From the NCBI RefSeq assembly GCF_009914755.1, contig NC_060935.1: a stretch of 64,000 bases of DNA; one strand, written 5' to 3'. The DNA comes from the human T2T-CHM13v2.0 reference genome, Homo sapiens. Of the stretch, positions 24,860 to 48,139 are shown in pieces. A program made the translations under genes and the position numbers. Position 1 is the first letter of the stretch; the number at the start of each line of letters is the position of its first letter. The notes below the pieces were generated by a model, which had not been told where the DNA came from, did no database searches, and saw only the letters and a list, made by a program, of their open reading frames with translations.

Positions 24860-25722
24860 TAAACCCCCAGGCTACTCCAAACAAAATGGGCTCAGCTCCT
24901 TTACTCATTTGTAGTGATTAGGATTAGGTTCTGCTGAAAATGAGAACATTTTAAATAAGAGTAGCTTACTGACTTTATTTCTTATGTTCCACAGGTCCAG
25001 AGGTGTCCTTCTAAAGCTGGTAGAGGTTTCACGAGTCATCAGGGACCCAGAACCCTTCTCTTTTGCTGTCCCTTTGTCCTAGTGCATGGTTTCCACACTG
25101 TGGTGCAAGATGTCTCCTCAAGCTCTAGGCATTACATCTGCTATCCTGCTGTCAGAAAGAAGGAAGGGGAAAAGAAGATCATTTCCTTCTCTTTAAGGAC
25201 ATTTCCCAGAAGTCACACAGAACATTTCCATTTATATTACTTTGGCCAGAACTTGGTCATATGGCCACATTTAGTTCCAGAATGATTAGGAAATGCAGTC
25301 TTTTATTGATCCCTGTGCCCAGGAAAATATTGGAGGCCTTTTTCAAGGAAAAAGGGGAAAACAGATATTGGTTGACAAATAGCAGTCTCTGCCATACTGT
25401 CCCTGGATACATGTCTTTGAGTGAATGTCCCTTATTTACCATTCTGATTACTTGTTGGATATTTTCAATATGTGTTACAATATGGTTCCAAAATTGTATG
25501 TGATATTCCAACAGCAAGTTGGATGCAATGTGTCATAAAAATGACCTCAGTGTCAACCAGCATTTGAATACCGTGTCTCAATGCTGTGCACCAATAAAGA
25601 ACACAGAAAGTCAGAGTTTTCCATAAATAATTCCTGAGAATATATGCTTATTTTGTTTGAGAAGCATCGTGAGGTATCTGCTGTGTGCTTTAGGGTTGAA
25701 TGGAAAGTTGGCAAAAGTATTA

Positions 25723-26191
<469 letters not shown>

Positions 26192-27489
26192 TTACCAAAA
26201 CAGTAAAAATTACCAAAAGAGTAATTTGATAATTTCTACAGGGTGATGTGTATGTGTCACAACTTTGTGAATCACTATTCTGGGCATGTATAAGAAGTCG
26301 TCATATACCTCCATTGGGAATGTTATTTAATGATGTCACTAATACCAGACAAGGATGTCTCCTCAGGTAAGGCTCCTTGGAGGAGGCAGAGGTTGAGAAG
26401 AGGTGTAATTTAGGTTTTAAAAATTCAATAGCTGGACTTAACCTTGCATATCTCTACCTGTTATAACGGTGGTCCGGAAGGCTGCGATCTGAAGGCCCCT
26501 CAGCTAGTTGCTGCCACTGTGGGCACTCTGCGCATCTTTCACTTCTGAGCTCTTTATGTATGCACTCTGTTCTGCAGATAAGTGAGAATGTGACTATTTG
26601 CTTAGTCAGTGACAGTGTCTCTAACCCTGGAAAGGAAGCTTTTACTCTCTCAGTTTTAGAGACATGTGAACAGGCTGGGGATATGAGGTCACTTACCCAC
26701 TGTCTTATAATCAGCAGATGGCATGGTTGGCATTGGAGTTTAGGTCTGTCTGTGCTTTTCTGTACATTACATCCTTTTTAATGATGCGAAGGAAAAATGC
26801 AGTAGGGTCAATGAGACAAATGGAATGCAGGTTGCTGGGGAAAGAATGCAGGTTCTGCGTTATAAATGCACACACATTTACTGTGCCACTTGGGTTCTGA
26901 ACTTTGCGGTTAAATTGATTTAAAAACTGGTCTAGAGGTGGTAAAACTTAATCACCGAATGAGAATATTTGGCTTTGCTTCAGGAGGTCGCAAGCCACTT
27001 CTTGATTAGTAGAAATGGGAAATTAAGGGCCACCTTCAGGCGTTTAACTGAATTGTCCTGGGGATTTAATTTGCCTTTCGACTTAATGCTAAATTTTTGT
27101 TGTTTTTGGTTTTTAAAGTAATGTAAGTTTATCGCGCCAACGGTAAGATGTCGCTCTGGACGCGTGCACCTGCTCTCGCAATCACCGACTGCGGTCAGCA
27201 TCTTCCTTAGAGCAGCGCCCCGGGCCACTTGGATCCCGGTCTCAATTTACTAAGCGAACCCAGAGGATGCCCCGAGTCCTGGACCGCAGAGCCGCTCGCG
27301 AGAGGCACCGGGGCTGTAACCGCGCAACCTCGTGCCGCGGGCGGAGGCGAGGGAGGATTCCCCGGCCGGTGCCCGCCCCCGGGCTAAAGTGCGGCGCGGG
27401 TGGGGCTGGTCACGCGCCTGGCTTCCTGCAGTGCGAACCTGGGAAATCCAGGCGACTTCGCAGTTGCCGAAGGGATCTGAAGAAGTGGG

Positions 27490-27633
27490 ATGTGCAAAAG
27501 CGCCGGCTGGAAATCCCGGCTGTGTCTCCGTCAACTCTTTACGCAACAGAGGTCTCCCCCTGCCCTTGGTTTCTACCGGGCCGCCTGCTCCCACTCGGCG
27601 AAAAAAATTACACAACAGCAGCCGCGGCGATGA
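27490..27633 (+). other. NCR3LG1: 47-codon upstream ORF whose stop overlaps the main start (ATGA)
   Basis: GGG-ATG-T at 27490 is open (MCKSAGWKSRL..QQQPRR) to TGA 27631-33. The main ATG is 27630-32. Confidence 0.7.
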
Positions 27634-27699
27634 CGTGGAGGGCTGCCGCCTCCACGTGCGCGGCGCTCCTGATTCTGCTGTGGGCGCTGACGACCGAAG
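27630..27699 (+). CDS. NCR3LG1: B7-H6 exon 1 (signal peptide)
   Basis: MTWRAAASTCAALLILLWALTTE-G; donor GTAGGG at 27700, phase 1. Confidence 0.96.
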
Positions 27700-27837
27700 G
27701 TAGGGGGCGGCTGGGGTGGGCTGGGGCGGGGGCTCCTGGCGCCAGAGGGTCCTCGCGGGTCGGCTCCCTAGCATCCCGCCAGGGGACCTCAACTTCCTGG
27801 GGGCTGAGAGCTCTATTTTCTTTTCTATTTCTTCTCC

Positions 27838-28131
<294 letters not shown>

Positions 28132-29052
28132 TGGGGGCTCTATTTTCAAGCGTCCCTCCTTTGTGAGAAGCGGAGTCCCCGATGCAACAGGTTTACATTG
28201 AAGGCCTGCCCTGTGCAGGGTCGACACCTGTGAGAGCGGAAACGGTGCTTCCTTGGATGTCGCGCGTTTGGTGCCTCGGTATTTGGCGCCTCTCTCGCAT
28301 CATCCGAGGGGCCGGAGGAGAGAAGAAAATCAGGGAATCGGTAAATTGGAAAAATCATTCATCCGCATATCAGTGGGTCCTCCTGGCTTTGCTAAGTTAG
28401 GTCTTTACTGAGAGAGGGAGGGGAGTGTTTTGATCTTGTGGTGACCTTCAAACGTTCTCTTGCTTTTTTGGGAACTCGTATGGGCGTGTTCTGCGTTAAC
28501 TTAAACAGGAGACTAAAAGGCTGAAACGCGTATGTAGAGATATTTAAACTCATTTCTAACTAGAAGAATGGCAATTAAACAACAAGATGCTGCTTGACCC
28601 TTACTAGGCTGGCCAAAATACGCTCCTGGGTGCCGGGTGGTGGAGGTGGAATGTAGGAATCCCGGAGGCGCGCTCTGGGCGCCCCGAGTCACTGCAGGTG
28701 GAGGAGAGCCGCGTGTGGACCTCACCGTGGAGACCTTGGCGGCAGCTTCACACCACGCCCTTGCTGCTTGCCGAGCAGCGTGAACGGATGTTGAAGGCGT
28801 AGAGCCAAGTAAACAGTGGACATACAATGCAATACCATTTCCACAGTTTGAGAAACAGAAGATACAGCCTTAAAGAGAACAAAAATTACATGTTAAACAC
28901 CTTAGAATGGCTGCCCGATGGGAGAGGGAAGTGGAAATAAAAACGAGTGAATAGTATTTCTATACATTTGCAATAAGCAATGTGAAAATAAGACAGTTCC
29001 GAGTGAAGTGTGGGCGGTGAAGTGGAAAGCCAAAATTGCGCTTGTCTCCGCG

Positions 29053-29117
29053 CTGCGGACTTGAAACGCCTGTCACTGCGGTCTGGAAACGCCTGTCGCT
29101 GCGGTCTGGAAACGCCT
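29053..29117 (+). repeat. 23-bp tandem repeat, about 3 copies (CTGCGGTCTGGAAACGCCTGTCR)
   Basis: Copies start at 29053, 29076 and 29099. Confidence 0.9.
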
Positions 29118-30310
29118 CCGCGCTCTATCAGTCTGGGTCTCCTCGAGCTCGAAGTGGCGCCAGTGGGCTGCCGCCGCGCCCACCCGGTCCCATGCCCGTC
29201 CCGCGCCCCCTCCCGGGCCCGGCGCCCCCTCCTCAGGGGCCTTGGGTCCCCGCCACTTTCGTCCGGTCTCGGTCCCCGCGGATGCTGGTGGTGGTGGAGA
29301 AGGGCCGCGAGTTCTCAGGGAAGCGGAGAGGGAGGAACGCCGTTTGGCTGTGCGGCGGCGCCCAGTGACGGCAGCAGCAGCAGCTCCTGGAGGAAGCTAG
29401 TTCCGGCTCGTCCAGCCACGAGGAGCGCGGCGGCGGCTGCATGAGGGTCGGACCCCAGAACCAGGCGTTGGTGCTGGACTTTGGCACCGGAAGAGACTGT
29501 GAAATGGAAAACCGTTTCGGAAGCTTTCGCCTAACAAATCATTTCCGCCTACAAGAAATTCCTACACCTTAGGATGGAGCATCTGTTTGCCTGGCTGCTA
29601 TTCTGCGTGGAAGCAAATTTAAAGTGGTACAAGAAAAAAAAAATCCAGTCATACAAAGGAATTCGTCAGATTTTAATGCAAGAGATTCTAGCCCGTCTTT
29701 GTATGAGAATGTCTTTAAAGGTTGTTGATATAGAAAATGTTTTAAAGAACGTTAGGTTTTATTTCAGAAATGAAGTTGAAAAGAGCAATTTGTAAAGCTG
29801 TAGTTAACAGTCCTCCCTAGTTGGAGAGCTCTAGAACTGGAGGTTCTCTATGTAGGTTATACCACTAGTTGATTTGAAAAGATAAATGCATAAATGCTTT
29901 TCCTTGGAAACAAGACTGCAGAAAATTCCAAGGATCTAGTCCTTGAAAAAGGCGAATGCTGTTAAGCTGTTAAGGTACTACACTCTGTACCTTTAAATGA
30001 AAATACATGGAGGTCCTGGGTGAGCGCTTGGGCGCTCTGAAAATAGACGAGGTTTCCCAAATTTGCCTTCTAAATTTTGATTTGTTGATTTAAATCTTCT
30101 AAATTTATGTAGTCTGGCACTCAGGTTTGTATTCCTTTTAAGCACATGTTAGTGTTTTTGATATTTTCCCTTCTCCCTCCGACCCCCCAATTCTTCTTCT
30201 TTTTTTTTTTTTTTTTTTTTTTTTTTTGGTAGTCACTTTTCGTTTTTAAGAGTGACAATACAACTAGGTGGCCTGGCTGTTTCATATCCTTGGTTTCTCC
30301 ATTTCTTGGT

Positions 30311-30329
30311 TGGCCACCAGGGGGAAGCA
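30311..30329 (+). promoter_or_regulatory. CTCF-like motif
   Basis: TGGCCACCAGGGGGAAGCA, one core mismatch to CCACCAGGGGGCAGC. Confidence 0.5.
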
Positions 30330-30772
30330 TACTGTTTTTTTGGTTACAGTTGACCCTATCTTCATTTTGTAGGTCAAGTCTGTTTTTGCTTTGATACATA
30401 GAACAGAAAGCTTGTCACCGCGTTTCCCTAATGTATTATTTTAAAAAATAGACTTGCACAAATCTTTGAGTAAGTTGGCAGGTTTTTGGATACATTTTTG
30501 TTAACATTAATTTTGAAAACTTTATTTAGATATGTTGGATGTGACTAATGAAAGGACATGTTTGATGGCAACAAGGGGAATTCGGTTTCTGACATTTATC
30601 TAAATATAGATGTCTAGCTCTGCATTGTTAGTAATGAGTCTGACTTCTTTGGAGTTGTACTCTTCTTTGAAATAGCAAATGTAATATTTTGAACTGTCCT
30701 TGCACTTTTTGTTGGAATAGGTATAAGCGTAAACTTGCTAGCAACCTACTGTTCTAAAATGGAAAACATCTA

Positions 30773-33655
<2,883 letters not shown>

Positions 33656-33669
33656 ACAGTGGCTTTTAA

Positions 33670-41730
<8,061 letters not shown>

Positions 41731-42635
41731 AGTGGCTTTGGAAATGGCAGTTTATTTTTCTTTCACACTAATGTAGCCAGCCCAGGGCAGATATGGCAGC
41801 TAGCTCTGTGATCATCTGGGACCCATGATCCTTTTATCTTGTCACTCTGCCATCTTCAGTATGTATCGTCCACCTTGTGTTTGGAAATGGCTTATCCATC
41901 TCCAGTCATCACATAGTATTCCAAACATTCTGCAGGAAATAAGGAGAGAGAGAGAAAGAGACAGTCTTTTAAGACATCCTTTTAGTTTAAGGATACTTCC
42001 TAGAAGTTGCTCTTGCCACTTTTGCATAAATCCAGGCCTACTAGACCCCTGAGTTTGCATGGCCAAACATACCTGCAGTGGAGGTTGGGTGATACAGGTT
42101 TAATCTGGATATGTCATGGCCAGCTAAAAATGCACAGAATGGAAATTGAAGAGCAATTAGCAGTCTCTGCCACAACAGTGTTCCAAGGCTTTCCTCAGAT
42201 TATGAAAGGTGTCTGTTTCACAACACAGCTTAAGAAAACTCTGCTTTACAAAATTGCTGTGAGAGTTGTGGTCACAGCATGTCAGTACCCGGTTGGCACT
42301 GGCACCAACATACCCAGAATATTTAGCCCAAGCTGACTTGCATTCAGTCACTCACATGTCCTGAAGGCTTACCATGGCTCAGATGTCAGGCTGATAATAA
42401 GCTAATCCCTCCCTACCCTTAAGGAGTGCCCAGTCTGGTATTGTAAATCTCCAGCTCATTGCTGGACATGGTTGCAGCATTTTTAAAGAGTAGGCATCCT
42501 GTGTTTTTTGTCTTATCTGGCTACAGGAGCAGTGATGCATAGCTGTGAGGGTATGGTAGAAGCCAGTTAGCATAAGGTGTGGTGGGGATAAAAGGGTGCT
42601 GGGCCCAACTCTGTATGATTTTTTTTCCCTGACAG

Positions 42636-42974
42636 CTTCCCCAGCCAGCAGATTGTTGCTGGATCAAGTGGGCATGAAAGAGAATGAAGACAAATATATG
42701 TGTGAGTCAAGTGGGTTCTACCCAGAGGCTATTAATATAACATGGGAGAAGCAGACCCAGAAGTTTCCCCATCCCATAGAGATTTCTGAGGATGTCATCA
42801 CTGGTCCCACCATCAAGAATATGGATGGCACATTTAATGTCACCAGCTGCTTGAAGCTGAACTCCTCTCAGGAAGACCCTGGGACTGTCTACCAGTGTGT
42901 GGTACGGCATGCGTCCTTGCATACCCCCTTGAGGAGCAACTTTACCCTGACTGCTGCTCGGCACAGTCTTTCTG
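42636..42974 (+). CDS. NCR3LG1: B7-H6 exon 3 (IgC domain)
   Basis: AG at 42634-35 and GTAAGG at 42975. 339 nt, phase 1/1. [32 protein letters not shown]. Confidence 0.97.
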
Positions 42975-43447
42975 GTAAGGGTCTTTCTGGACATTTCTTC
43001 TCTTCCTTGCCTTGAGGGACTATAACATAAGACTTATTCCCACACAGCCTGGGTCTTAGCTGGGGACTGAAGGGGAAACAGAGAAAGCTTGGACTGGAAG
43101 GACCAAGCTGGAGTCTGGCCTAGCTCAGCCCCAGAGTCAGCAGTCCAGCCTAGGTCCCTACACCTGGGCAGATGATGGTCTTAGTAGGTGGAGAGTGGTG
43201 ACTGTAGTCATCAGGTGGAGCAGGGCTATTTGTCAGCTCATGGCAGCTTCAGGGTTTTGGATGGTCCATATGGCTTGAAATAGGAAACCTGCCAGTTGCT
43301 AGGGGAATGGGGACAGTATCCTACCCGTGTTCCCTGAGGATAAGGGGCTATCAGGGGCCAGGGACCAGTCCTGCTAGCAGCCCTTCTAATAAGGCTCTAG
43401 GTCCACTGTAAACTGTTGGCTGGTAGAGGCTGACTCAGTAGTCTTGT

Positions 43448-43745
<298 letters not shown>

Positions 43746-44493
43746 GTAGTCTTGTCTTATGGGCTGTGTCCCAAGATGGGGAGGGCTACAGTAGAGTGGT
43801 TCTGCAAATGCTCAATGCCTTCCCCAGGCACACTGGATCCTTAAAACACAGTTCACGGCAGACCCACTCCTGCTGGTGGGCTGGGGCTTTTTGAGCTCAT
43901 ATGCCTTGGTCATAGCTCTGGTCTTGGGTATGGGTGGCTCTGCTGGTAAAATGCATCTCCCTGGGGCTGAGAAGAGTAAGGAAGGCAGGGAGTGACTGGG
44001 GCACTGAGGAATGTGGTCAGGCAATGCCATATGGGGCCCAGGATGATCCTGGGGAGAGAGGAATTATTCTTGGAAGTTAGGACTAGGTGTGTGTGTGGGT
44101 GGCATGTGCAGGGATGCAGGGAGGGTATGTGTGTCCATGGGGAGTATGAAATGGAAATATACCTTGCATGTATGGTACGAGGGGTTGTCTATGTGGTATG
44201 CACATAGGGATAGAAGATGGTGTCGTATTACACAAGGTTTGAAGATGAGGGTAGCACAATTATGTGGTACGTGGTGTTCATCTTCCATATTTTTGGCAAG
44301 TGCTACATACACTGTTTGATGTATGGAGGTGTATGTGATAGGAATGGAGATGCTGAGACATGTGGCAGAGGGCTGGTGGTTAAATCTCTGACAAGGAGGA
44401 TGACACAACCACACAGTTCCCAGCAGCAGTTGTGTGGTTTCTCTGGCCCTTGCCAGTAGGTTTCCTGCTAATGTTTTCCTTCTCTCTCTGCAG

Positions 44494-44591
44494 AAACTGA
44501 GAAGACAGATAATTTTTCCATTAATTGGTGGCCTATTTCATTCATTGGTGTTGGACTGGTTTTATTAATTGTTTTGATTCCTTGGAAAAAG
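44494..44591 (+). CDS. NCR3LG1: B7-H6 exon 4 (stalk and transmembrane helix)
   Basis: AG at 44492-93 and GTAAGG at 44592. 98 nt, phase 1/0. [33 protein letters not shown]. Confidence 0.96.
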
Positions 44592-44627
44592 GTAAGGGGC
44601 TCCAAAGCAAAGTTCAGCCCTGTGTCT

Positions 44628-44790
44628 TGGGCTAGTAAAAAGCTTTTAGAGCAGCTGCTGCCAACCTTACAAGCCTCAAGGGACAGGCCTGCTGGAAAGG
44701 ACTTTGTCAGTCCCTCTTCACCATCAGGTGTTGGGAATGTTGGCTGTGTTCCAATCCAGTTTCCTATCACAGAGGACCTAGCTGTCACAT
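44628..44790 (+). repeat. Orphan copy of the proviral leader segment 46120-46279
   Basis: Hand alignment gives about 17 mismatches plus one 3-nt indel in about 160 nt. Confidence 0.9.
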
Positions 44791-45468
44791 ACCATCTGAC
44801 CTCTGTATGGTGGTTTGTGACTCTGGGGTGATGTGTTGTAAAGCCTCCCTCTCTTTCTCCATACTAAACAAGTATTATATCTCTGTGAATGAACCAGACT
44901 TTAGTGTTCAGACCAGGCCCTGAACTATGTGTGGGCTGCTTGTTTTTCTCACACATTTAGAAACTATGGCTTAGAGAGGGGAATTCCTCATATTTTATCT
45001 GATCAATAACTGACCACCAGATCTCACTAGTTTGACTAAGAATTTCTAACCCTCACTAGGTATTTCTAAACTAAAACATGTTTCTAAACATTTTTATCCC
45101 TGACTATGGCCCAAATAGTAAATAAAACAGCTCAAGCTTTAGAGGCCCAAGAGACCTATGTAAATGTGTTGGTTAAAATAGTTTTAGATAATAAAAGGGC
45201 CCTCAATTATTTATGGGCCTGTCAAGGCAAAATCTGCACAACAGCCAGTACATCTCATTATAAATAATTTAGGAGAAGTGGAATAATCAGTCAATTAAGA
45301 AAAATGGCCCTTTATCTAAAGTTGGCCATTTAGATTCACGGGACTTATTCCTGTTGGATCTAGGCCATGAGAAAACTGGATAAAAAGTGGTTTTCAAATG
45401 TTTCTTGTGGTATTTGTGACTGTTGTCATATTTCTTGCCTTTCTCTGGTTCTGATATTCAGGTGCTAT

Positions 45469-46000
45469 TGAGAGAGGAGGAAGGAAGAAACTAGTCAGGC
45501 AGGCAGTTAGGGTGGGCCCTCAGTCAAATTCCTTCAAACAAAAGAACAGCCTGAAAAATCAAACTGCAGATAAGGGAACTTGTACAGGGGGGCTTGCCTA
45601 AAACATGCCCACAGCCACATACATTAAAACAAGGCTACACAGGAGACTTGCCTAGACATGCTCACAATAGAAAATTCCATCCCCTGACACATGCACAGTA
45701 AGGGGAACAAAGCCACATGGAGTAACTCAAGCTAAGGGCTTGCATGCACACTACGAGGATGGGGTGGAGCTACCAGAAATGTGTGCCTTATGCCTTTGTA
45801 TTCAGCTGTGAAATGGCAACCCTCTTTTGGGCCCCCTCTCTGCAGTGGAGTGCTTTCTTCTTTTGCTTATTAAACTTTCACTTCAACTTCATCTTTGGGG
45901 TCCGCGCTCCTTAATTTTCTTGGTCATGAGACAAAGAACTTCAGGTGATACCTTGGGCAATGAGAGACTGCTACATTGTGGTGCATTGACGAGACTAACA
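45469..46000 (+). mobile_element. 5' LTR (532 bp)
   Basis: TGAGAGAGGAGG...GAGACTAACA, colinear with 54291-54867. ATTAAA at 45869-74. Confidence 0.93.
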
Positions 46001-46003
46001 TTT

Positions 46004-46021
46004 TGGTGCATTGGCCAGGAA
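46004..46021 (+). promoter_or_regulatory. Primer-binding site complementary to the tRNA-Gly 3' end
   Basis: TGGTGCATTGGCCAGGAA versus TGGTGCATTGGCCGGGAA expected for tRNA-Gly(GCC)+CCA (17/18), 3 nt after the LTR. Confidence 0.85.
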
Positions 46022-47632
46022 ACATTGGAAGGGTGAGTAGGAGCGGACCTCCAAACTCTTTACTTTCATTTCAGAGGCTTCTTGTCCTCAGATTTTTTCC
46101 TGAAGACTGAACAAAACACTGGGCCAGTTAAAAGCTTTTAGAGCGGCTGCCAACCTTATGAGACTTAAGATACAGGCTTGCTGGAGAGGACTTTGTCAGT
46201 CCCCCTTCACCCTCAGGTGTTGGGAATGTTGGCTCTGTTCTAATCCAGTTTCCTTTCACAGAGGACTTAGCTGTCACATGGGCTAGAAGGAGGTCCTGGG
46301 GCAACTGAAGGTTTCTGTTTGAGGCTACTCCTCAGTGTTACCTGAAGGTCCCTGGACTAACTCCAGCCCCCGACAGCCCGTCAGAATGTTGGCACCAGGA
46401 CTTCCAGACTTTTCTATTGCATTTTCTTCCTTGCTTTTCGCAGCTACTATGTCTCCTATTCCTTCTTTGTATGCAATGTTGTGGGTGTCTTTATAGCCTG
46501 GGGAGATAATCCTGTTAAGCAAAGTCAGCAAGTGCCTTAGTAACGAGGAATGTAACTCAAATAATTGTTGTTTTTGTGATTTCCTTGAGACAGGGGGACT
46601 TCAAGATTTCAGCCTAAATTTTCACTTAGGGCCTTTTTGTCCCCCAGTGATAGACATTCATGGCACTCTATAGGGGGATGTTTCACCCCAAGTGAATACC
46701 CTTTTCTCCATCAGGTTGTTTTTCCTTCATGTAAGAGCTCAGCATTGCCCAATGAATTTAAGCATTCCCTCTATGAGACAAACTAGTTTTTTTTCTACTG
46801 GACAGCATATTATGGGGACAGCCTATTAAGCCCCAAACCTCCCTTTCTGACCTCTGCTTGGAAAGAATTTGTAGTCAGAGTTTTTTCCTAACATTTCAAA
46901 CCCTATAGTGCTACCTAGTGGGATGGGATTTTTCTCTGTGAGAAGCCTTGTCAGCCCTTTGCCCAAAACCTCTAGTTCCCTGATTCCTTTCTCTCTTATG
47001 TCCCTCTTTCAGTGATCAGGCCCCATGCCCTATTTGTAAGCATAAAAACTCCTCTTTCAACAGCCAGGAAGAAGCTACCCTGGGAAGACATATTTTAGCC
47101 TCAGTGTTATCCCCATTGGAGGGAGAACAGCCATTCAATTTTTACATTCTTTTGAGGCATCTGTTCTGTACACAGCTACACTGGCATCTAAGTGAGAAAG
47201 GGATCTTGTGTTTAGAAATCAATCAGTCTCATTCTCTAGGAATTCATAACTTTGCCAGGGTGGTAGTAAGAGGATGTAAGGATAGAGTTAAGATGTTCCC
47301 TTCCTTAAAGGGTCTTGCCCCAATCCAACTACTGCACAATCTCTCCCATGGTTCTAGGGAATCTCAGGAGCCTTATGGGCCAAGTAGGTCTAGGAAACCA
47401 GCAGGGCAGAGAGCTAGGACCTTGTGCAGGTGAGCACAAGCTAGCTCCTCCGGATTCATGGGTGAAGGTCATGCTTTGATCCATGGGCAGCACCTATAAT
47501 GGTCACCAGGAACCTGAGGAAATGGGAGGGAAGAGGAGAAGGGGGACGCCCCTTCCATTTTTCTCTCTGCTGTCGATCACTCCAGAAGGACAAAGGAGAC
47601 TAAGGGATGCCTTTTCTCTCCTCTTTTTCTAG

Positions 47633-48139
47633 ATATGTAACAAATCATCTTCAGCCTATACTCCTCTCAAGTGCATTCTGAAACACTGGAACTCCTTTGA
47701 CACTCAGACTCTGAAGAAAGAGCACCTCATATTCTTTTGCACTCGGGCATGGCCGTCTTACCAGCTGCAGGATGGGGAGGCTTGGCCTCCTGAGGGAAGT
47801 GTTAATATTAATACTATTCAACAACTAGATGTTTTCTGCAGACAGGAGGGCAAATGGTCCGAGGTTCCTTATGTGCAAGCCTTCTTTGCCTTGCGAGACA
47901 ACCCAGATCTTTGTCAGTGTTGTAGAATTGACCCTGCTCTCCTAACAGTTACATCAGGCAAGTCCATAGATGATAATTCCACAAAGTCTGAGAAACAAAC
48001 CCCTAGGGAACACTCGGATGCAGTTCCGGATGCCCCAATCCTTCCTGTCTCCCCTATCTGGGAACCTCCTCCAGCCACAACATCAACAACTCCAGTTCTA
48101 TCCTCCCAACCCCCAACTTTACTGTTACCCCTACAGTAA
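47633..48139 (+). CDS. NCR3LG1: B7-H6 exon 5 coding part (cytoplasmic tail derived from Gag matrix/p12-like region)
   Basis: Pyrimidine tract plus TAG acceptor at 47630-32. [45 protein letters not shown]. Exon sum 70+351+339+98+507 nt gives 454 aa. Confidence 0.96.
   Translation: MCNKSSSAYTPLKCILKHWNSFDTQTLKKEHLIFFCTRAWPSYQLQDGEAWPPEGSVNINTIQQLDVFCRQEGKWSEVPYVQAFFALRDNPDLCQCCRIDPALLTVTSGKSIDDNSTKSEKQTPREHSDAVPDAPILPVSPIWEPPPATTSTTPVLSSQPPTLLLPLQ

Noticed and set aside
27267-27629. In-frame 121-codon N-terminal extension of B7-H6
   Set aside because: GC-rich island sequence is stop-poor. The ATG probably lies upstream of the TSS and would bury the signal peptide.
29053-29117. 23-bp repeats as a CRISPR-like array
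   Set aside because: Head-to-tail copies with no unique spacers, in human DNA.
46004-46021. tRNA gene
   Set aside because: Only an 18-nt antisense match including CCA, so it is a PBS with no cloverleaf.
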